Source: Roseiflexus sp. (GTDB lineage: Bacteria > Chloroflexota > Chloroflexia > Chloroflexales > Roseiflexaceae). Taken from it: a DNA stretch of 64,000 nt. The DNA lies in contig JANXAL010000127.1 of the NCBI GenBank assembly GCA_025062325.1, forward strand, positions 4,358 through 68,357, given 5' to 3'. The notes beneath the pieces were generated by a model that was not told where the DNA came from, searched no databases, and worked only from the letters and a program-made list of their open reading frames with translations. Made by a program: the position numbers and the translations under genes. Of this stretch, positions 31,416 through 42,833 are shown in pieces (position 1 is the first letter of the stretch; each line of letters starts with the position of its first letter).

Positions 31416-32585
31416 ATGGCATCGAAGAGCATCTTTGGGCAAAACGATCAATCGGCGCGGTATGCTGCGGCTTCCCTGGCGCTGGGATTAATGTTCGTAT
31501 CGCTGGTGGTCATCTATCTGACGGCGCCCCAGAGTGATACTGTGACATTCCTCTGCGTTGTCATCATGGCAGTCAGCCTGCTCATCGCGTTGATTGGCAA
31601 CTGGAACGAAATCGGCATGATGGCAGCGCTGGCGACGCTCACCTCACTAATGGCAGCGTACTTTCTAGGGCGTGATGTGCTCAGCGATGTCGGCAGCATT
31701 CTGTTTCCGCTGGGGTGGGGCGGGGCGCTGCTCTATATCTTTCGCTGGATCTCGAGCCATACCGTCGTCGTGCCGGAAGATCACGCAATTATGGTCGCGC
31801 GGTTCTACAGCGGCACGCTCTATCGCCTCCAACCCCCGCTGGCGCCGCCGCTTATTCCGCTGCTGGAACGGCGGGTGGCGACGATACCGCTTTACGAATT
31901 GAGCCATGATGCGAAGGTTACGAAAATTAACACCGGCGGGTCGCACAGCATTGACGAAGTAGATGTGCATCTGCGCTATCGCGTGAAGAACCCGGAATTT
32001 GCACTGGCGAACATTCCCAATCGTGGTCAGATTCAAAACGAGGTTGCACGCGAGATGCGGCGCGACCTTGAGCAGGCGCGTCTCGACGTGGCATTCTGGG
32101 AGAAGCTGCTGGCGCGTCAACTGGCCCACGAAGTTGATGATATCGTTCGCGAGGTGATCTTCGCTGAAACCAAAAGTGCAACCGATGCCTACCAGAAACG
32201 ACAGCACATCTCACGAGAAGTCTTCCGCCGGTTGAACGAACTTACGCAACGCTGGGGCGTCGTCGTCACCCGGGTCGATATAGATTACTTCAGCGTGCCA
32301 GAAGATCGTTTTCGCTCACCTGATCCAGACGGTCCGGTCAAACAGGAAGTCAAGCGCATTCTGGAGACGAGCAAGGCAGAAGCGCAGGCGGAAGCCGAGC
32401 GTATCCGCAATATTGTGCGTGTGCTGCGGGAGGAAGGGATCGAGATATCGCCCGAAATCGTTGGGGCGCTGCTGATCCCGGAGTGGACCAGTGAGATCGA
32501 AGCGTTGCTGCCGCCTCCCGCAGCGCAGCCATCGAGCGAGAGGGCAGGGAATAGAGGAGCGAAGCCCGGCAATGCAAAACAATGA
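31416..32585 (+). CDS. SPFH/band-7 domain membrane protein
   Basis: N-terminal TM helices, then an SPFH-like core and a C-terminal coiled-coil (KAEAQAEAERIRNIVRVLREEG). Confidence 0.6.
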   Translation: MASKSIFGQNDQSARYAAASLALGLMFVSLVVIYLTAPQSDTVTFLCVVIMAVSLLIALIGNWNEIGMMAALATLTSLMAAYFLGRDVLSDVGSILFPLGWGGALLYIFRWISSHTVVVPEDHAIMVARFYSGTLYRLQPPLAPPLIPLLERRVATIPLYELSHDAKVTKINTGGSHSIDEVDVHLRYRVKNPEFALANIPNRGQIQNEVAREMRRDLEQARLDVAFWEKLLARQLAHEVDDIVREVIFAETKSATDAYQKRQHISREVFRRLNELTQRWGVVVTRVDIDYFSVPEDRFRSPDPDGPVKQEVKRILETSKAEAQAEAERIRNIVRVLREEGIEISPEIVGALLIPEWTSEIEALLPPPAAQPSSERAGNRGAKPGNAKQ

Positions 32586-33513
32586 ACATGCATGCGAACC
32601 GGTTGTCGTCGTGGGAGCGGCGTGTCTGGACGTGAAGTGTCGCCTGCGCGGCGATGTGCTCGCCAGCACCTCGAATTCAGCAGAAGTGCGTATCAGCGTT
32701 GGCGGATGTGCGCGGAATGTCGCCGAGAATCTGGCGCGCCTCGGCTACCCGACCACGCTGGTCACCGTGGTCTGCGATGATGATTTTGGGCAGGCCATCG
32801 TGCAGCAAACGGCGCGCGCCGGGGTGAATACCGACTACGTGATCAGGGTTCGGGGCTATCACTCGCCCGCCTATGTGGCCTTGCTTTCGCCCGAAGGTCA
32901 GTTAATCACCGGCGTGGACGATACAGACGCGGTTGCTGCGCTGACGCCAGCAGTGATCACCGGACATCGCGCTCTGTTTCAACGTGCGCCCATGGTGGTG
33001 ATGGACGCGAATGTGCCAGTTGAAAGTGCGAAGACGTTGCTTGATCTCTGCGCCGCTGCGGGTGTTCCAGTAGCGCTCGATCCAGTAGCCTACGCTCCGG
33101 CGCTGCGGTATCGACCGTTCATTGGTTCGTTCTCTCTTGTGGCGCCAAATGCTATCGAGGCTGAAGCGCTGACAGGCATCCGTGTGACGGATGTAGCGCA
33201 GGCGATTATGGCAGCCCGTCGCCTGACGGCAGAAGGGGTCGAGATTGCGATTGTCACCCTGGCAGAACAGGGGCTGGTCTACGCGACACCATCGTCAAGC
33301 GGGCATATCCCGGCAATCAATGTTGAAATCGTTGACCCCACCGGTGCGGGTGACGCGCTGACTGCGACCGTGGTGTACGCTCTGCTCCATGATATTCCTA
33401 TTGACGAAGCGGTGCGCCTAGGAGTAAGCGCTGCCACGCTAACGCTTGAGTCGCCGGATACGGTGCGGCAGGACCTGACATTGGAAATCCTGTATGCGCA
33501 GCTCGTCATCTGA
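32572..33513 (+). CDS. PfkB-family carbohydrate kinase (ribokinase-like)
   Basis: N-terminal VVVVGAACLDV...GGCARNVA motif, C-terminal DPTGAGDALTA motif. GAGGAG SD. Confidence 0.7.
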   Translation: MQNNEHACEPVVVVGAACLDVKCRLRGDVLASTSNSAEVRISVGGCARNVAENLARLGYPTTLVTVVCDDDFGQAIVQQTARAGVNTDYVIRVRGYHSPAYVALLSPEGQLITGVDDTDAVAALTPAVITGHRALFQRAPMVVMDANVPVESAKTLLDLCAAAGVPVALDPVAYAPALRYRPFIGSFSLVAPNAIEAEALTGIRVTDVAQAIMAARRLTAEGVEIAIVTLAEQGLVYATPSSSGHIPAINVEIVDPTGAGDALTATVVYALLHDIPIDEAVRLGVSAATLTLESPDTVRQDLTLEILYAQLVI

Positions 33514-33602
33514 AGCGGGCATCGTTGTTCTTGTTAGAAGAAGACTGAACAGGCGTCACTTGCGCCGCCCGCCTGCGCAACCTGTGGCTTGCAGCATACT
33601 CC

Positions 33603-34922
33603 ATGACGAAACGTATCCTGATTGCAGACGATGAACCGGCAGTGCGTCAACTGCTTGAGTTGGTGTTGCGGTCGCAAGGCTATGAGGTCTTTGTCGCTCA
33701 AAACGGCGACCAGCTTGTGCGCACCGCCCAGGAGTGGATACCGGATCTGGTCATCGTCGATCTGATGATGCCGCAGATGGATGGGTATGAAGCGATTCGT
33801 CAACTCCGCAACGATACCCGCACCGCCCATGTGCCGATGCTTATTCTCACGGCTCGTTCCACTGCTGAAGATGTAGTCACCGGTTTCGACACCGGCGCCG
33901 ACGATTATATTACTAAGCCTTTCAGTATCCCTGAGTTGCTTGCTCGCATCCGTGCACATCTTCGCCGCGCAGCGCAAACGCCAGTCCATAATCCGCTAAC
34001 TGGTCTGGCGGGGAACGTGCTTCTGACCGAAGAGTTGAAGTATCGCCTGCGCAACAGTGCGCCATTCGCGCTTCTGTATATTGATCTCGATAATTTCAAA
34101 GCGTTCAACGACACCTACGGACCAGCGCGCGGCGACCGATTGATCAAGCTAGTGGCGGAGGTGTTGGTGGAAGTGGTGCAGCAGCACGGCTCGTCGAGCG
34201 ATTTTATCGGGCATATCGGCGGGGACGACTTTGCCGTGCTAACCACGCCGGATCGTCTTGACTCAATCTGTCAGGGCATTATTGCCCTGTTCGATAAGCG
34301 CGTGCGTGACCTGTACGATCCAGAAGACTTGGCACGCGGGTATCTGCGCAGCGTTGATCGTCAGGGAGTGCCGAGAAACTTTCCGATCACAACGATCTCG
34401 ATCGGAGTAGTTACCAACCGCCGCCGCCGCTTTACCGACTACGACGAAGTCAGTCGGATTGCTGCAGAGATGAAACAGTACGCTAAGCAACTGCCTGGCA
34501 GCACCTATGCGGTCGATATTCGCGGCATTAGCGATCAGGTGGTTGAACGGGATCGTCGCGGTTTACCTCTGCCTCCCGTGCTGATTGTTTCGGCTGATGC
34601 CATGCTTCGCAAAACGATTGCTCCTCTTCTCAACGAGATTGACCTGCGAGCGCTCGAGGCGCCGACGGTGCTCGACGCCGAGCGGTTGCTCGCGTATCAC
34701 CCCGAGACTGCTCTGGTGATTGTCGATGCACGTGTCGGGAAACATGTGCATGATTTCTGCAAAAACCTGGCGCAGCATCAACCGGATCTCCCAGTCATTG
34801 CACTTGCCGATCAGCAACATATAGGGATCATTCCCCCCGGCGCCATCAGGCATACCCTCTTGTTGCCGCTCGACAGCGATCAGTTGCGCGTAAAAATTGT
34901 TGAGGTGCGCAGCGCCTCGTAG
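33603..34922 (+). CDS. Response regulator: REC - GGDEF (variant GGDDF) - C-terminal degenerate REC-like domain
   Basis: REC with phospho-acceptor Asp (DLVIVDLMMPQMDG) and KPF. GGDEF domain features NPLTGLAGN...YIDLDNFKAFND...GHIGGDDFAVL. Confidence 0.75.
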   Translation: MTKRILIADDEPAVRQLLELVLRSQGYEVFVAQNGDQLVRTAQEWIPDLVIVDLMMPQMDGYEAIRQLRNDTRTAHVPMLILTARSTAEDVVTGFDTGADDYITKPFSIPELLARIRAHLRRAAQTPVHNPLTGLAGNVLLTEELKYRLRNSAPFALLYIDLDNFKAFNDTYGPARGDRLIKLVAEVLVEVVQQHGSSSDFIGHIGGDDFAVLTTPDRLDSICQGIIALFDKRVRDLYDPEDLARGYLRSVDRQGVPRNFPITTISIGVVTNRRRRFTDYDEVSRIAAEMKQYAKQLPGSTYAVDIRGISDQVVERDRRGLPLPPVLIVSADAMLRKTIAPLLNEIDLRALEAPTVLDAERLLAYHPETALVIVDARVGKHVHDFCKNLAQHQPDLPVIALADQQHIGIIPPGAIRHTLLLPLDSDQLRVKIVEVRSAS

Positions 34923-34933
34923 GGAACGTTTCT

Positions 34934-37900
34934 ATGCAGGCAGTGATCACTAGTCTGGTTGTACTTGCCATCATCGTGGTCGCTCTACTGCTGCCGCCGG
35001 TGCGTATGCGATTGCACGTCTGGATGCGCATGGCGTGGACGTCGGCATTGCAACGCGCAAGGTTGGTGCGTAGCGCAACCGTCATTAGCAGCTCGGGCGA
35101 AGAGATCGAGGTGCCTGACGTAGTCCGAACCGACTCGCTCTGGATCGAGCGTGTGCGCGAATGGTGGCATGGCATCCGTCTGCAAACTGTTTTTGCTGGC
35201 GTACTCACGGTTGCGCTGACTCTCCTGGCATTACAGCGCCTGCTGCCTGCTACTCGCGCTGATGAATTGACCGTCCTGGTTGCGCCATTCGCCGAACCTG
35301 GCAGCGTTGCCAGCGCGACCGGTCGTGCCGCGGCGCAAGAACTAGCAGACGTGCTGACCTCAACGGTCGGACCGGGCGTTGCCGTCCGCTGGATCGAGGC
35401 GCCGCCAGGCGATCGGGAGTCGGCGCTGACGCTGCTGCGTGAGGCCCGCGCGGATGTCCTCATCGTGGGGGAGATCGCGCCTGGCGGGATGCTCGATGCA
35501 GAAACGCTGACACCTGTGCTGATCTATGCACCGGGCGGCATTCAGGCAATAGCCAGCCTTGATGGTTTCGTCGGGCGTTTCGCCTTCCCGACGGTCTATC
35601 CACTTGCTACCCAGCCAATCAACGGCCGTATCGTTCTTCCGCGTCTGGTGCGCGCTCTGGCAGACTATAGCAACGGCAAGTATAGCGCGGCGGCGGCAGC
35701 GTTCGATGATCTTGAGCGAGAACAGCCAGCGTTGCGCCCTGGCTTACTGCGCACGCTGCGCGCTATGATGTGGTGGGCGCGCGGCAACTATGAGCAATCG
35801 GCAAGCGAATTTCGCCGTGCAATTGATGCCATGCCCGATGCGCCGCCTGCCGAACTGGCGCGCCTCTACACTTCCCTGGGCGCAGTGCAGCATGAGATGG
35901 GCGATCCGGCGGCGCGCGATTCGTTCAATCGGGCGATTGCGCTCCTCCAGGGACAAGACCTGGGCGAACTGCGCTACAACCTGGCGCTCGAAGAACTGCG
36001 ATCAGGCAATCCAGCCGCCGCCGCCGTGTCGCTCGAACAGGCGCGGCGGTTGTTACCGCCATCGACGCCGTTGCTCGTCACGCTTGCTGAAGCATATCGC
36101 CTGAGCGGACAATTCGATGCAGCATCTGAGGCGCTCAACGCTGCTACCCGTCAAATTGGCGTCGATGACCGTGTCGTCCCGTTCGATCTCCGTCCGCTGA
36201 TGAATGCTCGTCTCCGGGCGAGCGTGCAGAGCGAGCGGGCATTGTTGCAAATGACGCGCCTGCTGAATGCGCGTGGTCCGCTGCTCTGGGAAGTAGAGAG
36301 CGCGCCGCAGCCCTCGGAAGCGGAACGACCACGGAGAGAGGCAGCGCTGAATCAGATCCTCGGCGATTTTTCGCTAGCGCTGCGTGAAGTGACAAACCTC
36401 GCTCAGGAGTGGAGCAGACGGGCGGCTGCCGCCGACTCCGAGCAGCGCTTGATTGACGGCAGCATCGCCACGCATCAGGCGCGCCGCGCTGATCTAGCCA
36501 TCCGTCGTTACCGCTTCTGGCTGGCTGTCGTTGAGGTGGAACTTGCGCGCCTGCGCGGTACGCAAGCGCTGACAGGACTGGCGGCGCTCTGGACCGGGCT
36601 GACGCGCACATGGTCGCCTGCTGCTGATGCATTGCGTCAGATCGAGACGCTGGAGAAAGGTCAGCCGGGCAATGTAGAATTGACCATTCTGCGCGGTCGG
36701 GCGCTGCTAGTGAACAACCGGGAGAATGACGCACGCACGGCATTCGAGACGGCAGCACGACTGGCGCCCGAACGTCCAGAGCCGCAGTTCCATCTGGCAA
36801 TGCTGGCATTGCCGCAGAGTCGTGACCAGGCGCGGCAGTTACTTGAAGCAGCGTTGCAGCGCGACCCGACCTACTTTCCAGCGCGTATCCGTTTGGCGGA
36901 ACTGGCAGAGGAAGAGCAGCGCTGGCAAGACGCGCTCGCACAACGGCGCTGGCTCGCCGAAAACCACGCAGGGGCTGATGAAGCGCTGGCGCTGGCGCGG
37001 ACCCTTCGGCTGAGCGGACCAGATGGGTATGCAGAAGCGGAACGGGTGCTGATGCCGCTGGCAGAGCGCAATCACGCCGCTGCGATTATCGAAATGAGCC
37101 GCCTCTATCGCGCTGCAGGTCGGCTCGATGAGGCGCGGAGCGTTTTGGAGCGCGGACAGCAGAACACTGCCCGCAGCGCTCCGGCATATGCCGATATCAC
37201 CCACGAACTCGGATTGGTGTTAATCGATCTGGGAGATATTGATCGGGCTGAGCGTCAGTTCGAAGCGGCGATCAATGCAAATCCGCGGCATATTGCTTCC
37301 TATCTGATGCTGGCGCATCTAGAGCGGCGCGCCGGGAACGATCGCGCAGCGGCGCGTCGCTACGCAGCCGCGCTCGACGCTGGCGCCAGCGATCCGGCGG
37401 TCCTCGAGCACATCGGAGCGATGTTGATTGAACTCCGCGAATACGATGCCGCAGCGACCGCCTATGAGCGCGCCGTGGTGCGCCAGCCAGGCAGTGCGAC
37501 GCTGCGGTATGGCGCAGCGCGGGCGTATCTAGAGGCAGGACGTCTCGACGCTGCCGATGAGTTGGCGCGGCAAGCGTTGGAGCGACAGCCGATCTACCCC
37601 GAAGCGCTGGTTCTTCTGGGAGATATTGCTCTTCGGCGGGGCAACCTGTCAGAATCCGAGCAACAGTATCGCGCAGCGCTCCAGCAAAATCCGACGCTCG
37701 CCGCAGCCCATATTGGGCTTGGGCGTGTGGCGGCGGCAGGCGGCAACTGGTCAATCGCAGCCGGGCACTTTCTCAACGCAGTGCAGGGGGACCCACAATC
37801 GCCGGATGCGTTCCTCTGGCTCGGCGAGGCGCGGATGCGTGTCGGGGACGTGGATGGCGCAATTGCCGCCTATCAACAGGCGCTGCAGCTACGCTCTGAT

Positions 37901-38467
37901 TTCCCGGAAGCATACTTTGGGCTGGCACAGGCACAGTTTGGCAAAGGGAACGTTGACGCAGCGTTGCGCAACGTCAATCGCGCACTGGAACAGCGACCGC
38001 GCTACGCTGAGGCATCCCTGCTGCTAGGGAAATTGTACGAGCAGCAGGGATATAGCACACGCGCGCTTGAAGCCTATAAACGGGCTATCGACGCTAATTC
38101 GCGCCTGGCTGAACCTCACTATCGTCGAGCGCTGCTTCTGATCCGTGCTGACCGATGGAGCGAAGCGCGTGATGAGCTCGAAATCGTCACACGCCTGGAG
38201 CCCAACTTTGCTGAAGCACATTACTGGTTGGGACGGGTCTATTTTGCGCAGCGCAACTTCTCGGCTGCGGTCAACCGCTTTCGTGAAGCGGTCAACCGGC
38301 GCAATGGCAACTATCCTGAAGCGCGGTATTATCAGGGACGTGCAGAAGAGCAACTCGGAGATCTGAACGCGGCCATGCGATCATTCGAGACAGTCGCTCA
38401 ACAGAGCGAGGATGCGCTCTGGGCAGGCGAGGCGCGGGCAGCGCTGGCACGCTTGAGTGATCGCTAG
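34934..38467 (+). CDS. Large TPR-repeat protein (1177 aa) with N-terminal transmembrane helix
   Basis: N-terminal hydrophobic helix, >15 TPR-like repeats throughout (e.g. AEAYFGLAQAQFGKGNVDAALRNVNRALEQRPRYAEA). Confidence 0.65.
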   Translation: MQAVITSLVVLAIIVVALLLPPVRMRLHVWMRMAWTSALQRARLVRSATVISSSGEEIEVPDVVRTDSLWIERVREWWHGIRLQTVFAGVLTVALTLLALQRLLPATRADELTVLVAPFAEPGSVASATGRAAAQELADVLTSTVGPGVAVRWIEAPPGDRESALTLLREARADVLIVGEIAPGGMLDAETLTPVLIYAPGGIQAIASLDGFVGRFAFPTVYPLATQPINGRIVLPRLVRALADYSNGKYSAAAAAFDDLEREQPALRPGLLRTLRAMMWWARGNYEQSASEFRRAIDAMPDAPPAELARLYTSLGAVQHEMGDPAARDSFNRAIALLQGQDLGELRYNLALEELRSGNPAAAAVSLEQARRLLPPSTPLLVTLAEAYRLSGQFDAASEALNAATRQIGVDDRVVPFDLRPLMNARLRASVQSERALLQMTRLLNARGPLLWEVESAPQPSEAERPRREAALNQILGDFSLALREVTNLAQEWSRRAAAADSEQRLIDGSIATHQARRADLAIRRYRFWLAVVEVELARLRGTQALTGLAALWTGLTRTWSPAADALRQIETLEKGQPGNVELTILRGRALLVNNRENDARTAFETAARLAPERPEPQFHLAMLALPQSRDQARQLLEAALQRDPTYFPARIRLAELAEEEQRWQDALAQRRWLAENHAGADEALALARTLRLSGPDGYAEAERVLMPLAERNHAAAIIEMSRLYRAAGRLDEARSVLERGQQNTARSAPAYADITHELGLVLIDLGDIDRAERQFEAAINANPRHIASYLMLAHLERRAGNDRAAARRYAAALDAGASDPAVLEHIGAMLIELREYDAAATAYERAVVRQPGSATLRYGAARAYLEAGRLDAADELARQALERQPIYPEALVLLGDIALRRGNLSESEQQYRAALQQNPTLAAAHIGLGRVAAAGGNWSIAAGHFLNAVQGDPQSPDAFLWLGEARMRVGDVDGAIAAYQQALQLRSDFPEAYFGLAQAQFGKGNVDAALRNVNRALEQRPRYAEASLLLGKLYEQQGYSTRALEAYKRAIDANSRLAEPHYRRALLLIRADRWSEARDELEIVTRLEPNFAEAHYWLGRVYFAQRNFSAAVNRFREAVNRRNGNYPEARYYQGRAEEQLGDLNAAMRSFETVAQQSEDALWAGEARAALARLSDR

Positions 38468-38498
38468 ACACAACTAGATACATACAAGGACGCAGACA

Positions 38499-39827
38499 AT
38501 GACGACACCATCAGCAACGGCGCTGCTCGAGCAGGCAGCCTATCTGTCACCTGTCTGGGCACGCTACAGCGACATCCTGGTTGAGCGCGGCGAAGGGGTT
38601 TATCTCTATGATAGCGAAGGACGACGGTACCTGGACTTCACCTGCGGCATCGGCGTGACGAATACTGGCCATTGCCATCCACGCGTGGTGGAGGCGATCC
38701 GGGAGCAGGCTGGCCTGCTTCTCCACGGGCAGGCGAACATCGTCTATCACCGTCCCATGCTTGAACTGGTTGCCGAACTGCGCACTGTTGTTCCGCCCGA
38801 ACTCAACAGTTTTTTCTTCAGCAACAGCGGCGCAGAGGCGGTCGAGGGCGCCATCAAGCTGGCGCGTCAGGCGACGGGACGGACCGATGTGATCGCCTTC
38901 GAGGGCGGATTCCACGGTCGCACGGCAGGCGCCCTGGCGCTTACCAGCAGCAAGGGCAAATATCGTCATGCTGTCGCGCCGCTGCCCGCTGGCGTTCATT
39001 TCGCGCCATATGCCGCATGCTTTCACTGCGCCGTCGCGCGCGCTGCCAGCGCCGATCCTGCAGCCATTTCCGCCGCAGCGCCCGAAGATATCGGATGTTG
39101 CGGCCACCCGCTGCGGCAGCTTGAGCACATCCTCCATACGCAAACCACGCCGGAAGACGTGGCAGCCGTGCTGGTCGAGCCGGTGCTTGGGGAAGGCGGC
39201 TATATTGTTCCACCGGTATCTTTCCTGCAGGGATTGCGCCGGATCTGCGACGCCTATGGCATCCTGCTGATCGTCGATGAGGTGCAGAGCGGGTTTGGAC
39301 GCACCGGTCGCTTCTTCGCCTTTGAACACTTCGGCATCGTACCCGACATTATGACCGTCGCCAAAGGCATTGCATCAGGACTGCCGCTTTCTGGTATTAT
39401 TGCACGGCGCACAATCATGGAACGCTGGCAGCCAGGGTCCCATGGTGGCACCTATGGTGGCAATGTCGTCGCCTGTGCTGCGGCGGTCGCAACGATTCGG
39501 GCCATGCGCGAGGAACGCATGGTCGAAAACGCCGCGCGCCAGGGCGCCTTGCTGAAAGCGGAATTGCTGCGTATCAAGACGCAGTTTCCGTCGATCGGCG
39601 ATGTGCGCGGATTGGGATTGATGATCGGCGTTGAACTGATGACGGCGGATGGCAGGCCCGACGCTGCGCTGGCGAAACGTGTCGTCACCGCATGTCGCAA
39701 CCGTGGATTGCTCCTGCTGACCTGCGGTCCGTACGATAACGTGATTCGTTTCATTCCGCCGTTGATTGTCGAGGAAGACCAGATTCGCGACGCTGTGCGC
39801 ATTTTCGAGGAAGCGCTGGCGTCCTAG
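38499..39827 (+). CDS. Class-III (acetylornithine/GABA-type) PLP-dependent aminotransferase
   Basis: Class-III AT motifs (SNSGAEAVEGAIKLARQATGR, DEVQSGFGRTGRFFAFEH, TVAKGIASGLP). Confidence 0.8.
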   Translation: MTTPSATALLEQAAYLSPVWARYSDILVERGEGVYLYDSEGRRYLDFTCGIGVTNTGHCHPRVVEAIREQAGLLLHGQANIVYHRPMLELVAELRTVVPPELNSFFFSNSGAEAVEGAIKLARQATGRTDVIAFEGGFHGRTAGALALTSSKGKYRHAVAPLPAGVHFAPYAACFHCAVARAASADPAAISAAAPEDIGCCGHPLRQLEHILHTQTTPEDVAAVLVEPVLGEGGYIVPPVSFLQGLRRICDAYGILLIVDEVQSGFGRTGRFFAFEHFGIVPDIMTVAKGIASGLPLSGIIARRTIMERWQPGSHGGTYGGNVVACAAAVATIRAMREERMVENAARQGALLKAELLRIKTQFPSIGDVRGLGLMIGVELMTADGRPDAALAKRVVTACRNRGLLLLTCGPYDNVIRFIPPLIVEEDQIRDAVRIFEEALAS

Positions 39828-39862
39828 CAAGGCGGAGCTGCGCTCCGCAGTAATCTGTCGCT

Positions 39863-40492
39863 ATGCCACACCGGGCGCCATATAAGGTTGCGCTGCAGGC
39901 ACTGCAGTCCGACCGACTCCGCCGCGATTATGCGGACCTCGCTGCCGAACCGCAGTATCGGTTGGTTGGCGAGTTCTTCTTTACTGAGTTGTATGGCCCG
40001 CGCGACTTTTCTGCGCGTGATGCGCAGGCGCGGCGTCTCCACCTGCTCGTCCAGAGTTTTCCGGGAGTAGTCATTCGTGATGTCGAGCAGGTGCTTGAAT
40101 TGCTCGACCTGACGAATCGCCTGGATGATGAGGTTGTCGAGCAACTGATCGCCATGGGGGCGCCGCTTGACTTCGATATGGAGACGTATGAACGCGCCTA
40201 TCGCCTAGCGGATAATTACGCCGACCGGGTGCGTCAGATCGAGCTCGTGCGCCAGTCGCTCTACAATGTTGCACGCCTGACGCGCAACCCGCTCCTAGGC
40301 ATTGCGCTGGATCGCACCAAAGGGCTGGCGGATATGCTTGGCATGAGTGATATCCATCGATTCCTGCGCCTGGGCTATAAGGCAGTGTTGCCGGTGCGCG
40401 ACATGCCACGGTTTATCGAAACGATCACGGTACGTGAGATGAACCGTCTCGACCGGATCTATGCCGATCAGTTGAAGCAGAAGAAGAAGTAG
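39863..40492 (+). CDS. Hypothetical protein (209 aa), no recognised family
   Basis: Intact ORF with protein-like composition, ending 3 nt from the convergent gmd stop. Confidence 0.4.
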   Translation: MPHRAPYKVALQALQSDRLRRDYADLAAEPQYRLVGEFFFTELYGPRDFSARDAQARRLHLLVQSFPGVVIRDVEQVLELLDLTNRLDDEVVEQLIAMGAPLDFDMETYERAYRLADNYADRVRQIELVRQSLYNVARLTRNPLLGIALDRTKGLADMLGMSDIHRFLRLGYKAVLPVRDMPRFIETITVREMNRLDRIYADQLKQKKK

Positions 40493-40495
40493 CCC

Positions 40496-41491
<996 letters not shown>

Positions 41492-41547
41492 CTACCGTCT
41501 TTAGATAAACCGAGAGGTTATCATACCACACTTGACCCAGCGTTGTT

Positions 41548-42460
41548 CCTATGGCGCAGCAGCCTCACACTGCCGCTAACCGCCCGTCGGGGCGCCCAGG
41601 GGACGCCTCTCTCACAAGTGTAGAGCTTTTGGGAAGCGATGGGTGTTTTCCGCGTCCCGCCGCCCTGTTTCCCCTCATCCCCCCTACCCCCTTCTCCCAC
41701 CCCCCCTGCGCCTTCCGCATGCAGGGGGTTGGGGCGTCCTGACGCTCAAAACGGGCGATGCAACAGAAGGGCTTGCCGAAAAATCTACACTTGTGAGCGC
41801 CTTCTCCCCTCCCCCGGGGGGCAGGGGGTGCTCTCAAGTGTAGGCTTTTTGGAGGCCAAAGCAGGTTTGCCGCATCCTGACGCCCTTTTCCCCTCATCCC
41901 CCCTACCCCCTTCTCCCACAAGGGGAGAAGGGGGAGTTGGGGCGTCCTGTCGCCTGAAACGGGCAATGCAACGTGAGGGCGTGCCGAAAAACCTATGTGA
42001 GGGCAGGGGGTGGGGGTGCGCCGGCATCCTCTCCTCTCCCCTGCTCTCAAGTGTAAGCTTTTTGGCGTGCGAAGCGGATTTGCCGCATCCCGACGCCCTG
42101 TTTCTCCTCATCCCCCCTACCCCCTTCTCCTACCCTTTCAAGTGTAAGCTTTTTGGCGTGCGAAGCGGATTTGCCGCATCCCGACGCCCTTGTTCCCCTC
42201 ATCCCCCCTGCCCCCTTCTCCCACAAGGGGAGAAGGGGGAGTTGGGGCACCCTTTTGCCTCAAACGGACGATGCAACGTGAGGGCGTGCCGGAAAAATCT
42301 ACACTTGTGAGCTTCTCCCACCCCCCTGCGCCCCCGCATGCGGGGGGTTGGGGGAAGAAGGGGGGGTTGGGGCGTCCTGACGCTCAAAACGGGCGATGCA
42401 ACAGAAGGGCTTGCCGAAAAATCTACACTTGTGAGGGGAGAAGGGGGAGCTACGGCATCC
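41548..42460. repeat. Cluster (>=6 copies, both orientations) of ~120-bp hairpin repeat units (CCCCTTCTCC-N7-GGAGAAGGGG core + gggcgtcctgacgc / tctacacttgtgag modules)
   Basis: Repeated blocks, e.g. ccccttctcccacaaggggagaagggggagttggggcgtcctg at ~41900 and ~42210, gcgtcctgacgctcaaaacgggcgatgcaacagaagggcttgccgaaaaatctacacttgtgag at ~41740 and ~42370. ORFs in the region translate the repeats (PLPPSPTRGEGG...). Confidence 0.8.
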
Positions 42461-42833
42461 TGATGTCTGAAACAGACACTTGGCAGGGGAGGATTCCCGG
42501 AAAAGTCTGCCCCTGCGAGTGGCAGATCCATCGAGCAAACTTCCTCCGCAAAGCGCCGGGTCGAACGGGCGACTGGACGGATCAATGCTGGCGCGAAACC
42601 CAAAATCGGAGGCAATCATGCGCACCCTGCCAATCGCATCGGCTGCCAGCAGCTCGCGCAACCGCACAATCGTCGGGCGGAAGTGCGTTCGCATCGCTTC
42701 CATTCGGAATATGCTGCGCTCACAAGCGACAGCGACAACCTCAGCCGCCTGACGCACATCGTCAACGGCTGCTCGCGGAGCGTCGCCTTCCCGCAATGCA
42801 GGCGGAGCAGACGGTTTTCAGCGTGCTCAGATG

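Noticed and set aside
41565-42310. Several 60-250-aa ORFs on both strands (e.g. 41565-42050 minus, 41639-42310 plus, 42190-42930 plus)
   Set aside because: They translate the hairpin repeat units (recurrent PSSPLPPSPTRGEGG / MRGKR peptides). No SD, and overlapping in all frames.
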